DNA from: a virus
Strand: one strand, 5' to 3'
IMG/VR virus record: IMGVR_UViG_3300027749_000042
DNA length: 64,000 bases
In this document: positions 39,213 through 48,200 of the stretch, piece after piece
Layout of the letters: each line of letters begins with the position of its first letter
Numbering within the stretch: the first letter of the stretch is position 1
Program-made: the position numbers and the translations under genes
Notes under the pieces: generated by a model
What the model saw: only the letters and a program-made list of their open reading frames with translations
Database searches by the model: none
What the model was told of the DNA's origin: nothing

Positions 39213-40499
39213 ATGTTCACATTTCTAATGGCAAGACCAACTAAGGTTGTTAATTTCAATAGCTCTACGAACAACGTGGATCTATATAATTCATCGAGTG
39301 CGCCTGCGTACCCGCTGAACTTGCTATGCTTTATCAATAGTAACATTGGATCGACTTCTCCTTCGACTCCTGCATTCAAAACAGGAACAGGTTGGAAAGC
39401 TGGTACATTTCTTTATGTTAAAAATGCTGCTACTATCACAGGTGGTACAGGTACTGCGGGTACACCGGGAAGTACAGGTACTTCGGGTAATATAGGAACA
39501 TCAGGAACTACGGGCGCAGCAGGAAATCCGGGCGCAGCAGGAAACGCTGGTGCAGCAGGAAATGCTGGATCGAACGGCGTTGGTGGTAATGGCGGACAGG
39601 GTGCACCATATAGCGGGATTAACGCAGGAGCTAATGGTGGTGGTGGATCTCCTGGGGCTACTGGTAACGCAGCTGGTGTACCTAATAATGGCGCAGCGGG
39701 CGGCACAGGTGTTACTGGTAATGCGGGCGGAACAGGTAATGCGGGAGGGCCTGGTGGTGCCGGCAATAACGGCGGCACAGGCGGTATTGCATTTCAAATT
39801 GATTCGGTCGCAGGACTAATAAGTGTTATCGAAAATACAACCACATTTACTGGTGGCACCGGCGGTACATTAGGACCAGCAGGACCGGGAGGTCCAGGAG
39901 GACCCGGCGGCGTTGGTGGATCAGGCGGGGTCGGTGGACCAGGAGGTGCGGGGGGACCAGCAGCAAGCGGTGGAACTGGTGGAACTGGCGGCGGTGGCGG
40001 TGGTGGTGGCGGTCGATCACGAGCTGGAGGAAAAGCAGATCCACCATATACAGGTGCTGGTGGTGGAGGTGGTGCAGGATCGACTGGTGGAAATGGTGGT
40101 GCAGCTGGAGTTTATCCTGGTCATATCACTTTTCCAGCCGGAGCTGCTGGAACAGCAAATGCTGGTGGACTTGGCGGTGATGGTGGTGCATGGGGTACTG
40201 GTGGTGGATTAGGTAGCGCTGGACTAGCTGCATATAGCGGCGGCGCCCAGATTTTCGCGGGTTCAACTGCCGGAAGCGGTGGTGGTGCGGGCGGTGCAGG
40301 TAGCTCTGGAACTAGTTACCCAGCAGGCAATAACGGCGCTACCGGACCAACCGGGGCGACGGGCGCAACGGGACCCACGGGTGCAACGGGACCAGCAGGG
40401 GCAGCGGGATCAGCTGGCGCGCAGGGAAGCGCGGTACTTGGTAATGCGTATGTGACAAGTTGGATTAACACAGGAACAAGAAACGGACCAGTAGGATGA
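39213..40499 (+). CDS. Gly-rich adhesin-like fibre-tip protein (Gly-X-X repeats)
   Basis: Long Gly-X-X tracts; ends W.N.G.R.G like polyglycine gp38-type adhesins. Confidence 0.6.
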   Translation: MFTFLMARPTKVVNFNSSTNNVDLYNSSSAPAYPLNLLCFINSNIGSTSPSTPAFKTGTGWKAGTFLYVKNAATITGGTGTAGTPGSTGTSGNIGTSGTTGAAGNPGAAGNAGAAGNAGSNGVGGNGGQGAPYSGINAGANGGGGSPGATGNAAGVPNNGAAGGTGVTGNAGGTGNAGGPGGAGNNGGTGGIAFQIDSVAGLISVIENTTTFTGGTGGTLGPAGPGGPGGPGGVGGSGGVGGPGGAGGPAASGGTGGTGGGGGGGGGRSRAGGKADPPYTGAGGGGGAGSTGGNGGAAGVYPGHITFPAGAAGTANAGGLGGDGGAWGTGGGLGSAGLAAYSGGAQIFAGSTAGSGGGAGGAGSSGTSYPAGNNGATGPTGATGATGPTGATGPAGAAGSAGAQGSAVLGNAYVTSWINTGTRNGPVG

Positions 40500-40933
40500 A
40501 CATTCATTACAAAATCATTGAAGTATGGCCTAATGACCATTTGTTCGTCGTTAGGTATTACACTGACAATCTGAACGAAGAAATGTTGATTTCAGCAAAC
40601 GATTACAATCGTCGTGAAGATGGTTCGCCTATGCGCTGCCGTACAGACGTTGCGATTGATATGCCTATTCCTGCATTAGAAGGTAAAGAGCTAGAGAGTT
40701 TAATTCTATATAATTCTCCTATCTCATTTCTTCGTAAGATGGAAGACGTATTGAATCCTGATATTGATACATCAATGAGCGGTATTATTGATATGATTAA
40801 TAAGCCAGTAACTAAAAGTACTACAGAACTTCTTGCTAAGAAGGCTGACGTACTATCGGATGATGATATCAAGAACCTTATCGAGTCTCTATCGAAGGAC
40901 AACTTTACCAACAAATCATCTAACTCAAAGTAA
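40496..40933 (+). CDS. Hypothetical protein coupled to the Gly-rich gene
   Basis: 145 aa, ATGA overlap. Confidence 0.6.
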   Translation: MNIHYKIIEVWPNDHLFVVRYYTDNLNEEMLISANDYNRREDGSPMRCRTDVAIDMPIPALEGKELESLILYNSPISFLRKMEDVLNPDIDTSMSGIIDMINKPVTKSTTELLAKKADVLSDDDIKNLIESLSKDNFTNKSSNSK

Positions 40934-40948
40934 AGGTGTGTACGTCTG

Positions 40949-42007
40949 ATGATGTTTTATTATGACGATAAAAAGAACGTCTATCGTACACAAACTGACG
41001 CAATCAAGTCAGCCAAATTTTGTCATTTCTATTACCACGACGATGTTTTCAGTAAGGTCGATTGGAAAACAGAACCTACTGAAACGCTTGAACAGATATA
41101 TCGCGAACGCGCACAACAAATTCGTGACCAATATGAGTATGTGATTCTTTGCTATTCTGGTGGGTACGATTCGACAAACATTTTGGAATCGTTCTACTAT
41201 AACAATATTCACATAGATGAGATATTGCTTGTTGGAGCATTCTCGCAAGATTCTAGGTATGGCACCGATGAAAATCATAACGGTGATATATACCACAATG
41301 CTTTTCCAACCCTCAGAAGCATGAATTTGCCTAATACCAAAATCACTGTAGCAGATTACACTGACCATTTTAATGATCCAAATAATTTCACACTTATCAA
41401 AAAGTATGGTAATGAGTGGACAAATCATATCGGTGGATTTAAAAGCGTTCACAATCTATTTTGGTACGACCTCAAAAAATTTGTTGGTAAAAACAATAAC
41501 AAGAACACATGCTATATCATGGGTTCTGATAAACCAGGTTATGAATTTGAGGAAAAAGCTATACGCTTTAATGATTTGTCGGTAAATGATTATGGTGCAA
41601 ATTACCAAGACGAAAATTTCACACGAATCAATTTCTACAATGGTACCGATGATGTGGTTATCAAGCTTATGGTAAAGCAAGGGCATGTTGTTATGAAATT
41701 GGACGACATTTTTTTCAAGATGTACGAAGAGCAAGAAAAGAATGCCCACCCATTACTCAATCGAGAACTTGCTTATTGGAATAAAACAAAACGCATAAAC
41801 GAGATTATATACAATCTAAAAGCACCGATGAAATTTGAATCAACCAAGTCGATGTATAATACACTCAGTGCCAGAGATATGTTCATGTTAAAAAGCCAAA
41901 ATAGCGAGATGTATCGGATGTTCTTAGAAGGCATGAAAAACCTATCATCGTTTAGTCACATTTACAAAAAGTATTGCTTCTGGTCACAACCATACTATCT
42001 AACATGA
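40949..42007 (+). CDS. PP-loop (N-type ATP pyrophosphatase, adenine nucleotide alpha-hydrolase fold) protein A
   Basis: ILCYSGGYDS motif; paralogous to 44142..45344. Confidence 0.75.
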   Translation: MMFYYDDKKNVYRTQTDAIKSAKFCHFYYHDDVFSKVDWKTEPTETLEQIYRERAQQIRDQYEYVILCYSGGYDSTNILESFYYNNIHIDEILLVGAFSQDSRYGTDENHNGDIYHNAFPTLRSMNLPNTKITVADYTDHFNDPNNFTLIKKYGNEWTNHIGGFKSVHNLFWYDLKKFVGKNNNKNTCYIMGSDKPGYEFEEKAIRFNDLSVNDYGANYQDENFTRINFYNGTDDVVIKLMVKQGHVVMKLDDIFFKMYEEQEKNAHPLLNRELAYWNKTKRINEIIYNLKAPMKFESTKSMYNTLSARDMFMLKSQNSEMYRMFLEGMKNLSSFSHIYKKYCFWSQPYYLT

Positions 42008-42471
42008 GCTACGTTCTCGTCTTTCTTCTATGGACTTTCGTTGTCTATTGGGCGCATCGTGCGGCCCATGTGATTCCTGTTGTGCGTAAATTCCATATGG
42101 ATCATCACGCGCAGGTAACCGACCAGACAATTCAAGGGTTAAACTGGAAGAATGCGTTTCTCTTTTTTGATACCTGGAATAGCACCATAGATCAGTGGTT
42201 GACAGAAGTGATTCCAACGATTATAATATCTTTAATCACTGGGCATTGGTGGTTGCTCATTGCGTACTACATCTGGGCTGGTTTTATCCAAGAAGCTGTC
42301 GAGCATAATAAACGCATCAATCTCTACCCATTTCTAACAAGTGGTAGATGGCATCTAATTCATCACGAATATGCGACAAAGAATTATGGTGTATTCGTGC
42401 CTATTTGGGACTTAGTTTTTGGTACATGGAAAGGCTTAGATGGCAACGGAAAACAATTGGCTTCGAAGTAA
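42004..42471 (+). CDS. Sterol desaturase/fatty-acid hydroxylase superfamily membrane enzyme
   Basis: His boxes YWAHRAAH, FHMDHH, EH, WHLIHH, NYG...WD..FGT; ATG 42004 overlaps upstream stop. Confidence 0.85.
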   Translation: MSYVLVFLLWTFVVYWAHRAAHVIPVVRKFHMDHHAQVTDQTIQGLNWKNAFLFFDTWNSTIDQWLTEVIPTIIISLITGHWWLLIAYYIWAGFIQEAVEHNKRINLYPFLTSGRWHLIHHEYATKNYGVFVPIWDLVFGTWKGLDGNGKQLASK

Positions 42472-43240
42472 TCTATCAGAAAGATTGCTCAATAACTCAA
42501 CCGATTTTGTGGTACACTTAGACACTAAACCATATAAGGTAATGAGTTTTGACGATGCAGCCAATTATACGGCTGACATAATAGCCACTAAATCATCGAA
42601 GGTGTTTATCGGATTCAGCGGTGGTATGGATTCCGAGTTCGTGTTCAGACGTATGATTGACCGTGGGCACAACGTGATACCTGTAATTGTCAATACACCA
42701 ATCAACAAATATGAATCTGCTTATGCTTTTCGTGTATGCAAACAATATGGTATTGAACCTATTGTAATTGACAAAACGCCTACCGAATTGCTTACGATAT
42801 TCGTTGATGATATTTTTAAAAAACTAAGTGGGTATGGACACAACTCTGTACCAGGGCTCATTGTAGGGCGATATGCAGAAGATCATGGTGGCATTATGAT
42901 TATGAGCGAACATATCATTGACGACAACGATGATAAAATGTATGTTGGGGCTAATGAATGGGACTTCTATAATGACGTTTTAATTCATAACGATAACACA
43001 CACTATTTCTTCACATATACACCAGAGCTATGTTGTGCTATGGTAAAAGAAATGATAGATGAGACCGTTCAAGATTTCAAATCGAGAGTATACAATATCC
43101 CGTGGCGTCCAAAATTTTCATATGATTATGGGTCGGCATATGATCTAGCATTTGTCCGTATTAGACAGCATCGACTACACACGCCAGACCCTAATCACAA
43201 TTTTGGCACCAAAGAGCAATTTTTATCATTGTTTGATTGA
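42440..43240 (+). CDS. PP-loop protein B
   Basis: VFIGFSGGMDSE motif. Confidence 0.7.
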   Translation: MATENNWLRSNLSERLLNNSTDFVVHLDTKPYKVMSFDDAANYTADIIATKSSKVFIGFSGGMDSEFVFRRMIDRGHNVIPVIVNTPINKYESAYAFRVCKQYGIEPIVIDKTPTELLTIFVDDIFKKLSGYGHNSVPGLIVGRYAEDHGGIMIMSEHIIDDNDDKMYVGANEWDFYNDVLIHNDNTHYFFTYTPELCCAMVKEMIDETVQDFKSRVYNIPWRPKFSYDYGSAYDLAFVRIRQHRLHTPDPNHNFGTKEQFLSLFD

Positions 43241-44152
43241 GTCTTCATATTTCTTGACCAATTGCTTTTGTCTTGCAATTTCGGTTCGAAGAAACTGTTC
43301 GTTGTTATTACACTCGAATACCAATTTCAATTTGGCAATAACGTCGCGTACGGCATCTGACGCGCAAGCTTCGTGTACTGATTTTTTAATCTCGTCAATG
43401 AACTTAGCATTTACTTTAGGTGCATAGAGAAGTAGTGAAGATGCGTAATTGAAGTCTTTAATGCCCAATTCAAGTCCAGTCGGCACATTTGGATATTGAG
43501 AATTCCTATTGGGCAATGAGATAGCCAACAATTTTAGACCAGGTGTGTCGATAGGATTTTGAACTGAGTAATCTACTTCACCCATAAGAATACTTTTGGT
43601 AATTTCTCCTGGTGTTTTGTACTGAATCATTTTGACATTATTGATATCATACTGCTTGCGAAAGATTGCATCAAGAAGTTTTGGTGAAATAGCTTGCACT
43701 GTGGCTCCATTAAACACCTCCTTCTTTTCCTTCATATATTTAACAAATTGGTCTAACGAATCTATCTTCAAATCAGGAGAAACCATTATAGCGTTTGGCA
43801 CCAAAGCGATAAGTTCAATCGGAATAAAATCGGCATCGCGATCAATTGTCGAATTGTATATGATTGGATTGAGTGTGAAATTGGAAATTGTACCAGATAC
43901 AATAGTGTTTGTACCTAATTTGGCTTCGGCTAATGCTTTACCGTCAGCAGCTTCTCCTCCAGAACCAGGAATAGTGCCTAATCTAAAATCATATTTTTCA
44001 TCAAGCTTTTTGTTCAACTCGGTAATGAGTGTCGCTGTAACAAAAGCTGTTGGGTCGTTAGCAGGAAATCTGGTATACACGTTTATGCGTTCTTCAGCAC
44101 ATACACCAAATGTTGCAAGAGAAAAACAAATCAGTAGTAGTTTACGAAGCAT
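43226..44152 (-). CDS. Bug/TctC-like periplasmic solute-binding protein 1 (divergent)
   Basis: Signal peptide MLRKLLLICFSLATFGVCA; PGSGG, DFIPI, Y......I..GEVD, LA....R....PNVPT..ELG. Confidence 0.7.
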   Translation of the reverse strand: MLRKLLLICFSLATFGVCAEERINVYTRFPANDPTAFVTATLITELNKKLDEKYDFRLGTIPGSGGEAADGKALAEAKLGTNTIVSGTISNFTLNPIIYNSTIDRDADFIPIELIALVPNAIMVSPDLKIDSLDQFVKYMKEKKEVFNGATVQAISPKLLDAIFRKQYDINNVKMIQYKTPGEITKSILMGEVDYSVQNPIDTPGLKLLAISLPNRNSQYPNVPTGLELGIKDFNYASSLLLYAPKVNAKFIDEIKKSVHEACASDAVRDVIAKLKLVFECNNNEQFLRTEIARQKQLVKKYEDSIKQ

Positions 44153-45344
44153 GATTTAACTCCAATTTTCCGATAAGGTAAGGTTGTGATCTTAACATTG
44201 AGTAGAATTGATATTTTTTATTTATCTTTTCAAATCGTTTTTCTTTTGATTCGCGATACTCTTTCAAAAACCCTTCAGTCGTATGAGTTCCAACTACAGT
44301 CTCATACAGTTTAAATTCTGGGTTTTTTATCGTTGGTTTAGGTCCAGCATACGTTTGTGGATTCCAATCTGGATATATCATCGAACTAAAACTTCTTTCC
44401 AGCATAATAGCTGAGGAATGAATAGGTTTTACCGAGTTATGATTTTTAAGCTCTTCTCTACTTTGTGTAAAAAATTCGTAGTATTTTCTATCGGTTTCTA
44501 GTCGCTTTTTAATGATATGGGATTGCTTGATTGGAATCAAAGGCATATCTCTTGACCAAAAAAAATCTTCTGTAGTATAAGTTGCTGCAAATTCGCGTAG
44601 ATTGAGCGATGCTGTTGTGACCATTGTTTGGTCAGTAAAATGAAAAAATAAAGAGTTGTTTTTGATATGCAAAGCAGGTTTTTCCATACCGCGCACGATG
44701 CACATAGAGTTTTTGTCTTTTGATCTTTCATAGTTGGTTGTATAAAATAATTGCCACCATTGATTGTTTGGTCCCATAGATGATGAGATTCGTGGGTATT
44801 GATGTTTGATTCTACCATTATTTCCAATGATTGTATATTTGCCTGTTGAAAGCTGATCGTGCAGAAGATCGGATGCATCAACGATAGTGATTTTTGTTTT
44901 TGGACTTAATTCCAACACTTTCTTGAGCATTGGTAAAGCAGCAAGTTCGTACTCAAGCAAAATTTGAAATTCGTTGTCTCTCAACATATCTGCTCGGTCA
45001 AGATTTTTTGTCATTTTATGAAGATTTGCAACTTGGATTTCGTCAATGAATATATTGTTTTTTAGAAATGACCATAGAACTTGTGTTGAATCGCTACCAC
45101 CAGAGAAAGCAAGAACCACATACTTGTACTTGTCTCGTATCTGTTGGGCTCTGATTTTGTATAGTAGACCAATATCGAAATCTGGTTCTGCCATCCAATC
45201 GCATTTTTCAAACACATCATTATTGTAATAGTATTTAAGTTTTACATCATAATCTTGACGAATTAGCGCATAATCAAATGCGTCTTCGCGAGTAAAAAAT
45301 CGTTTGTCGTCGTATACATAAAACCCACAATGCAGATGATTCAT
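44142..45344 (-). CDS. PP-loop protein C (paralog of 40949..42007)
   Basis: RAQQIRDKYKYVVLAFSGGSDS...NNIFIDEI, GMEKP, KQSH. Confidence 0.75.
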   Translation of the reverse strand: MNHLHCGFYVYDDKRFFTREDAFDYALIRQDYDVKLKYYYNNDVFEKCDWMAEPDFDIGLLYKIRAQQIRDKYKYVVLAFSGGSDSTQVLWSFLKNNIFIDEIQVANLHKMTKNLDRADMLRDNEFQILLEYELAALPMLKKVLELSPKTKITIVDASDLLHDQLSTGKYTIIGNNGRIKHQYPRISSSMGPNNQWWQLFYTTNYERSKDKNSMCIVRGMEKPALHIKNNSLFFHFTDQTMVTTASLNLREFAATYTTEDFFWSRDMPLIPIKQSHIIKKRLETDRKYYEFFTQSREELKNHNSVKPIHSSAIMLERSFSSMIYPDWNPQTYAGPKPTIKNPEFKLYETVVGTHTTEGFLKEYRESKEKRFEKINKKYQFYSMLRSQPYLIGKLELNHAS

Positions 45345-45422
45345 GTTATATGATTTCCTTATCTTGCAATTTCATAGTCTTATATATGATAAATAGAATA
45401 AAGTCGAATAGGGAGAATTTTC

Positions 45423-45869
45423 ATGACCGACGCACCGGTAAAACTTGTATGGATAATCACTGGCTTGGTTGATTATCATTGGAACGACATATATTTTCCG
45501 ATAGATTCGCCAAATGCGCATGGTGTTGAATATGATGCTAGGGATGAGCTGCAACGCATCGACCGTCGGGAAGGCTATTCAAAGGTCAATTTTGATCATG
45601 CGTTAATTCGTCAAAATAGAGAAACTATTGCACCAGAATTATTTGAAGGTTTTGAAGGTTGGACTAGAAGATATGCAGACGACAATACCAATTTAACCGT
45701 TGAAATTTATTTTCAAAATGCAAACTTAGCGATGGCTTACAACCAAAAAGTAATTGAAGTCCGCGATAAACTGGAAGCAATTGAATTGAAGCCTAAGATT
45801 AATAAATACCAATTTTATTGGGCAATCCTTAACAGAAAAACAGGACAATTGTATCTACAAAACGAGTGA
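45423..45869 (+). CDS. Hypothetical protein
   Basis: 148 aa; GGGAG RBS; GATAAATA late-promoter-like motif at 45388-45395. Confidence 0.6.
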   Translation: MTDAPVKLVWIITGLVDYHWNDIYFPIDSPNAHGVEYDARDELQRIDRREGYSKVNFDHALIRQNRETIAPELFEGFEGWTRRYADDNTNLTVEIYFQNANLAMAYNQKVIEVRDKLEAIELKPKINKYQFYWAILNRKTGQLYLQNE

Positions 45870-45876
45870 AACGATA

Positions 45877-46497
45877 TCATTGGAACTTTGGACCAAGCAC
45901 CCATACGACAATAGATAAGCGTCTACCTTTAGTTACTGGCGCAACCCGATGGATCAAAAAGGAAGGGAATAGAACAGCCCTTCCTTTTACTTTTGGTACT
46001 GTAATAGGATCATTTTCTTTACCGTCGTTAATTTGAAATTCACCACCCTCATAATCATCATTTAACATCATAGTGAGTGATAGTTTGCGCGGTTCAATAT
46101 CTAAGTTTCCTTTCGAATCACCAAGCGCCATATCCATATGCCAATCATATCGTCCTTCTCTGGTTGAATCATATGTTGTGTATTGAAATGTTGCGTAACC
46201 ATTCAATTCATAACCATAATACATTTCATTGATTGACTGAATAATAAAATTCAATCTATCAAATATCCACGCAGTTTCTGGTGTTCTGTTGTGAAATGCA
46301 ATTTGTGATATTCTATGCTTTTCAACTTCAATCGGATCTGAAGATTCCATAATTGTGCTTTGTTGAACGCCTTGTGCATCACAATATTCAATGATAGCTT
46401 GGAGTTCTTCGTCGGTAAATGCGCCGTCCCAATAAGCCCAAGGTTCTGTCACTTTGGTTCGTTTATGCGGATCATTATAAATCGTTGTGTGCTTCAT
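45877..46497 (-). CDS. 2OG-Fe(II) oxygenase (PKHD/prolyl-4-hydroxylase-like)
   Basis: YDWHMD, RKLS....LN.DYEGGEF, FPS...HRV.PVT.G.R.S.V.W. Confidence 0.9.
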   Translation of the reverse strand: MKHTTIYNDPHKRTKVTEPWAYWDGAFTDEELQAIIEYCDAQGVQQSTIMESSDPIEVEKHRISQIAFHNRTPETAWIFDRLNFIIQSINEMYYGYELNGYATFQYTTYDSTREGRYDWHMDMALGDSKGNLDIEPRKLSLTMMLNDDYEGGEFQINDGKENDPITVPKVKGRAVLFPSFLIHRVAPVTKGRRLSIVVWVLGPKFQ

Positions 46498-47177
46498 TAA
46501 AAGGTTCTCCAGTTACTTACGGGTTGCACACCCAATGGTTTTGCTGCTTTCTCTTTATACGTCATCAGAATATCGGCAGCAAGACATATTCGCATCTGAT
46601 CTAAATTATTTGGCGTAAAACACCCAGTTTCCATCTGCTCTGATTGCCCTACTGTGTCGTGCGGTACGTTTGATGGAAAAACAAATAGCTGCCCTTCTTT
46701 CGGTTCTAGTTGCCATGTGTATGCATTGAATGCGTCCCAATGTGATGGGTTATTAAATTTGATGCATCCAGGAAATGGTTCATATCTATGCTCATAATTA
46801 TAGAAGCGAATTGGCTTTGAGAAATCTTTTGGTATGTTAATGTAGTATGTAAACGACATGTGAGCGTCACCATGACTATGCATAGGCGTCTGTCTGTTCT
46901 TGGTAATGTTCATCCAAGTTTTGACTAGATTAAATTCAAATACGTTTGGATCAACGTAGAGTCTCGCAACGTATTGTCTAACCGAGTCTACAGCAAATTT
47001 GAATAGTGGTTCAAATGCAGGTTCGTGGTGAAGATTGACATGCCCAGTGTATTCATTCGAGAATCCATCTGGTGACATATAATCGAAAATCTTGTCGTAG
47101 AAAACTTGCTTGAAATTGTCTTTGTCTGGATATTCAAATTCAGCTAGAAGTGTTGGAAATAAAATATGTTCTTTCAT
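46497..47177 (-). CDS. Putative 2OG-Fe(II) oxygenase (TIGR02466-like)
   Basis: LFPT, W.N......HSH....S..YY, P.EG.L..FPS...H, RICLA. Confidence 0.8.
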   Translation of the reverse strand: MKEHILFPTLLAEFEYPDKDNFKQVFYDKIFDYMSPDGFSNEYTGHVNLHHEPAFEPLFKFAVDSVRQYVARLYVDPNVFEFNLVKTWMNITKNRQTPMHSHGDAHMSFTYYINIPKDFSKPIRFYNYEHRYEPFPGCIKFNNPSHWDAFNAYTWQLEPKEGQLFVFPSNVPHDTVGQSEQMETGCFTPNNLDQMRICLAADILMTYKEKAAKPLGVQPVSNWRTF

Positions 47178-47178
47178 A

Positions 47179-48141
47179 TCACTTCACCTTATAAATCTGT
47201 TTGAGACTATTGAGCGTTTCTATACCTACTGGAGTTTTTATCATGGTTTCCATATCAGCACCGCTGATTGCATTGATATCTATGTTTGCACGGCGAGCGT
47301 CTTCCACATATTCAGCATCTACCATTACTTTTGAGAACGCATTGCGTAGTTCATCTATGCGTGATTTTGGCACGCCAGGTGGTGCTACGAATGGGCGCAA
47401 CATTATGAACTGGGATTCAAAAGCATGAAGGAGCTTTCTGTCTTTATCGTCTGTTATATATTCAGCCAGTGCTGGAACTTCCTTATATTCTGGTAGACGG
47501 GCCGTACCGTTGCCAAACTGGAGCGTTGGATAGATGCCGCTGCCTGACTGTAACCAGTTGGGCTTTTGCGTTTTGATACCAATCAAGCTATAGATAACCG
47601 CATCCACTTCCTTGCGCTCAAGCGCGAGACGGTTAGCACCGGTCGTTGGATAACCACCGACAATCTTGAAATTGGTGCCAAGCATTCTGTTGACAAACAA
47701 AGCCATGTTGCCTGATGTGGCACCCTCAGCACCTACAACGAAGTCTGACCGAAACTTCGGTTCATTGGCCCATAGAATAACAGCATCCTTGCGGCCGTCT
47801 GCTACTGATCCAATCCAGTTGAAATGGTTAGGGTCAAACTGAACTCCCTCACCACCTAATAGCCCTACAAACGGAATCTCTTTATAGACGATGCCGATAA
47901 CGCTACCATCTCTCGGCGCAATATTGTATAGGTAATTGGCTGCAACTAAGCTCGCAGCGCCTGGCATGGATTGGATAGTTATAGTAGGATTGTCTGGTAA
48001 GTATTTACCGAGATGCCTGGATAGAATCCGAGCGTTGATATTATAACTATCGTCATTGGATGGAGTGATTATTTTTAGTTCAGACGCCGCAGCCGCAAGC
48101 GAAATGAAGCCAATAAAGAGCATTACAATCAAACGAATCAT
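47179..48141 (-). CDS. Bug/TctC-like periplasmic solute-binding protein 2
   Basis: Signal peptide; ARIL.RHL.KYLP.NP.I....MPGA.SL.AANYLY..AP.DG, F.WIGS, LALER.EVD, RPFVAPPGVP..R...LR.AF. Confidence 0.85.
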   Translation of the reverse strand: MIRLIVMLFIGFISLAAAASELKIITPSNDDSYNINARILSRHLGKYLPDNPTITIQSMPGAASLVAANYLYNIAPRDGSVIGIVYKEIPFVGLLGGEGVQFDPNHFNWIGSVADGRKDAVILWANEPKFRSDFVVGAEGATSGNMALFVNRMLGTNFKIVGGYPTTGANRLALERKEVDAVIYSLIGIKTQKPNWLQSGSGIYPTLQFGNGTARLPEYKEVPALAEYITDDKDRKLLHAFESQFIMLRPFVAPPGVPKSRIDELRNAFSKVMVDAEYVEDARRANIDINAISGADMETMIKTPVGIETLNSLKQIYKVK

Positions 48142-48200
48142 ATCACTATATAGACTAAATAGTCAAGAACATAAATAGTAGAACTAACTCGGAGTGATAA

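Noticed and set aside
43632-44159. Long antisense ORFs (175 aa here; also 4717..5316, 38040..38594, 59043..59597)
   Set aside because: Shadow frames of well-supported genes with biased codon usage; no motifs or RBS
40949-45344. QueC / 7-deazaguanine DNA modification pathway
   Set aside because: SGGxDS is present but the C-terminal Zn-binding Cys motif is absent, and no folE/queD/queE/dpdA was recognised in the window
40496-45869. Lasso-peptide (RiPP) cluster
   Set aside because: No recognisable B1/B2 leader-binding or transglutaminase-like protease and no convincing precursor peptide
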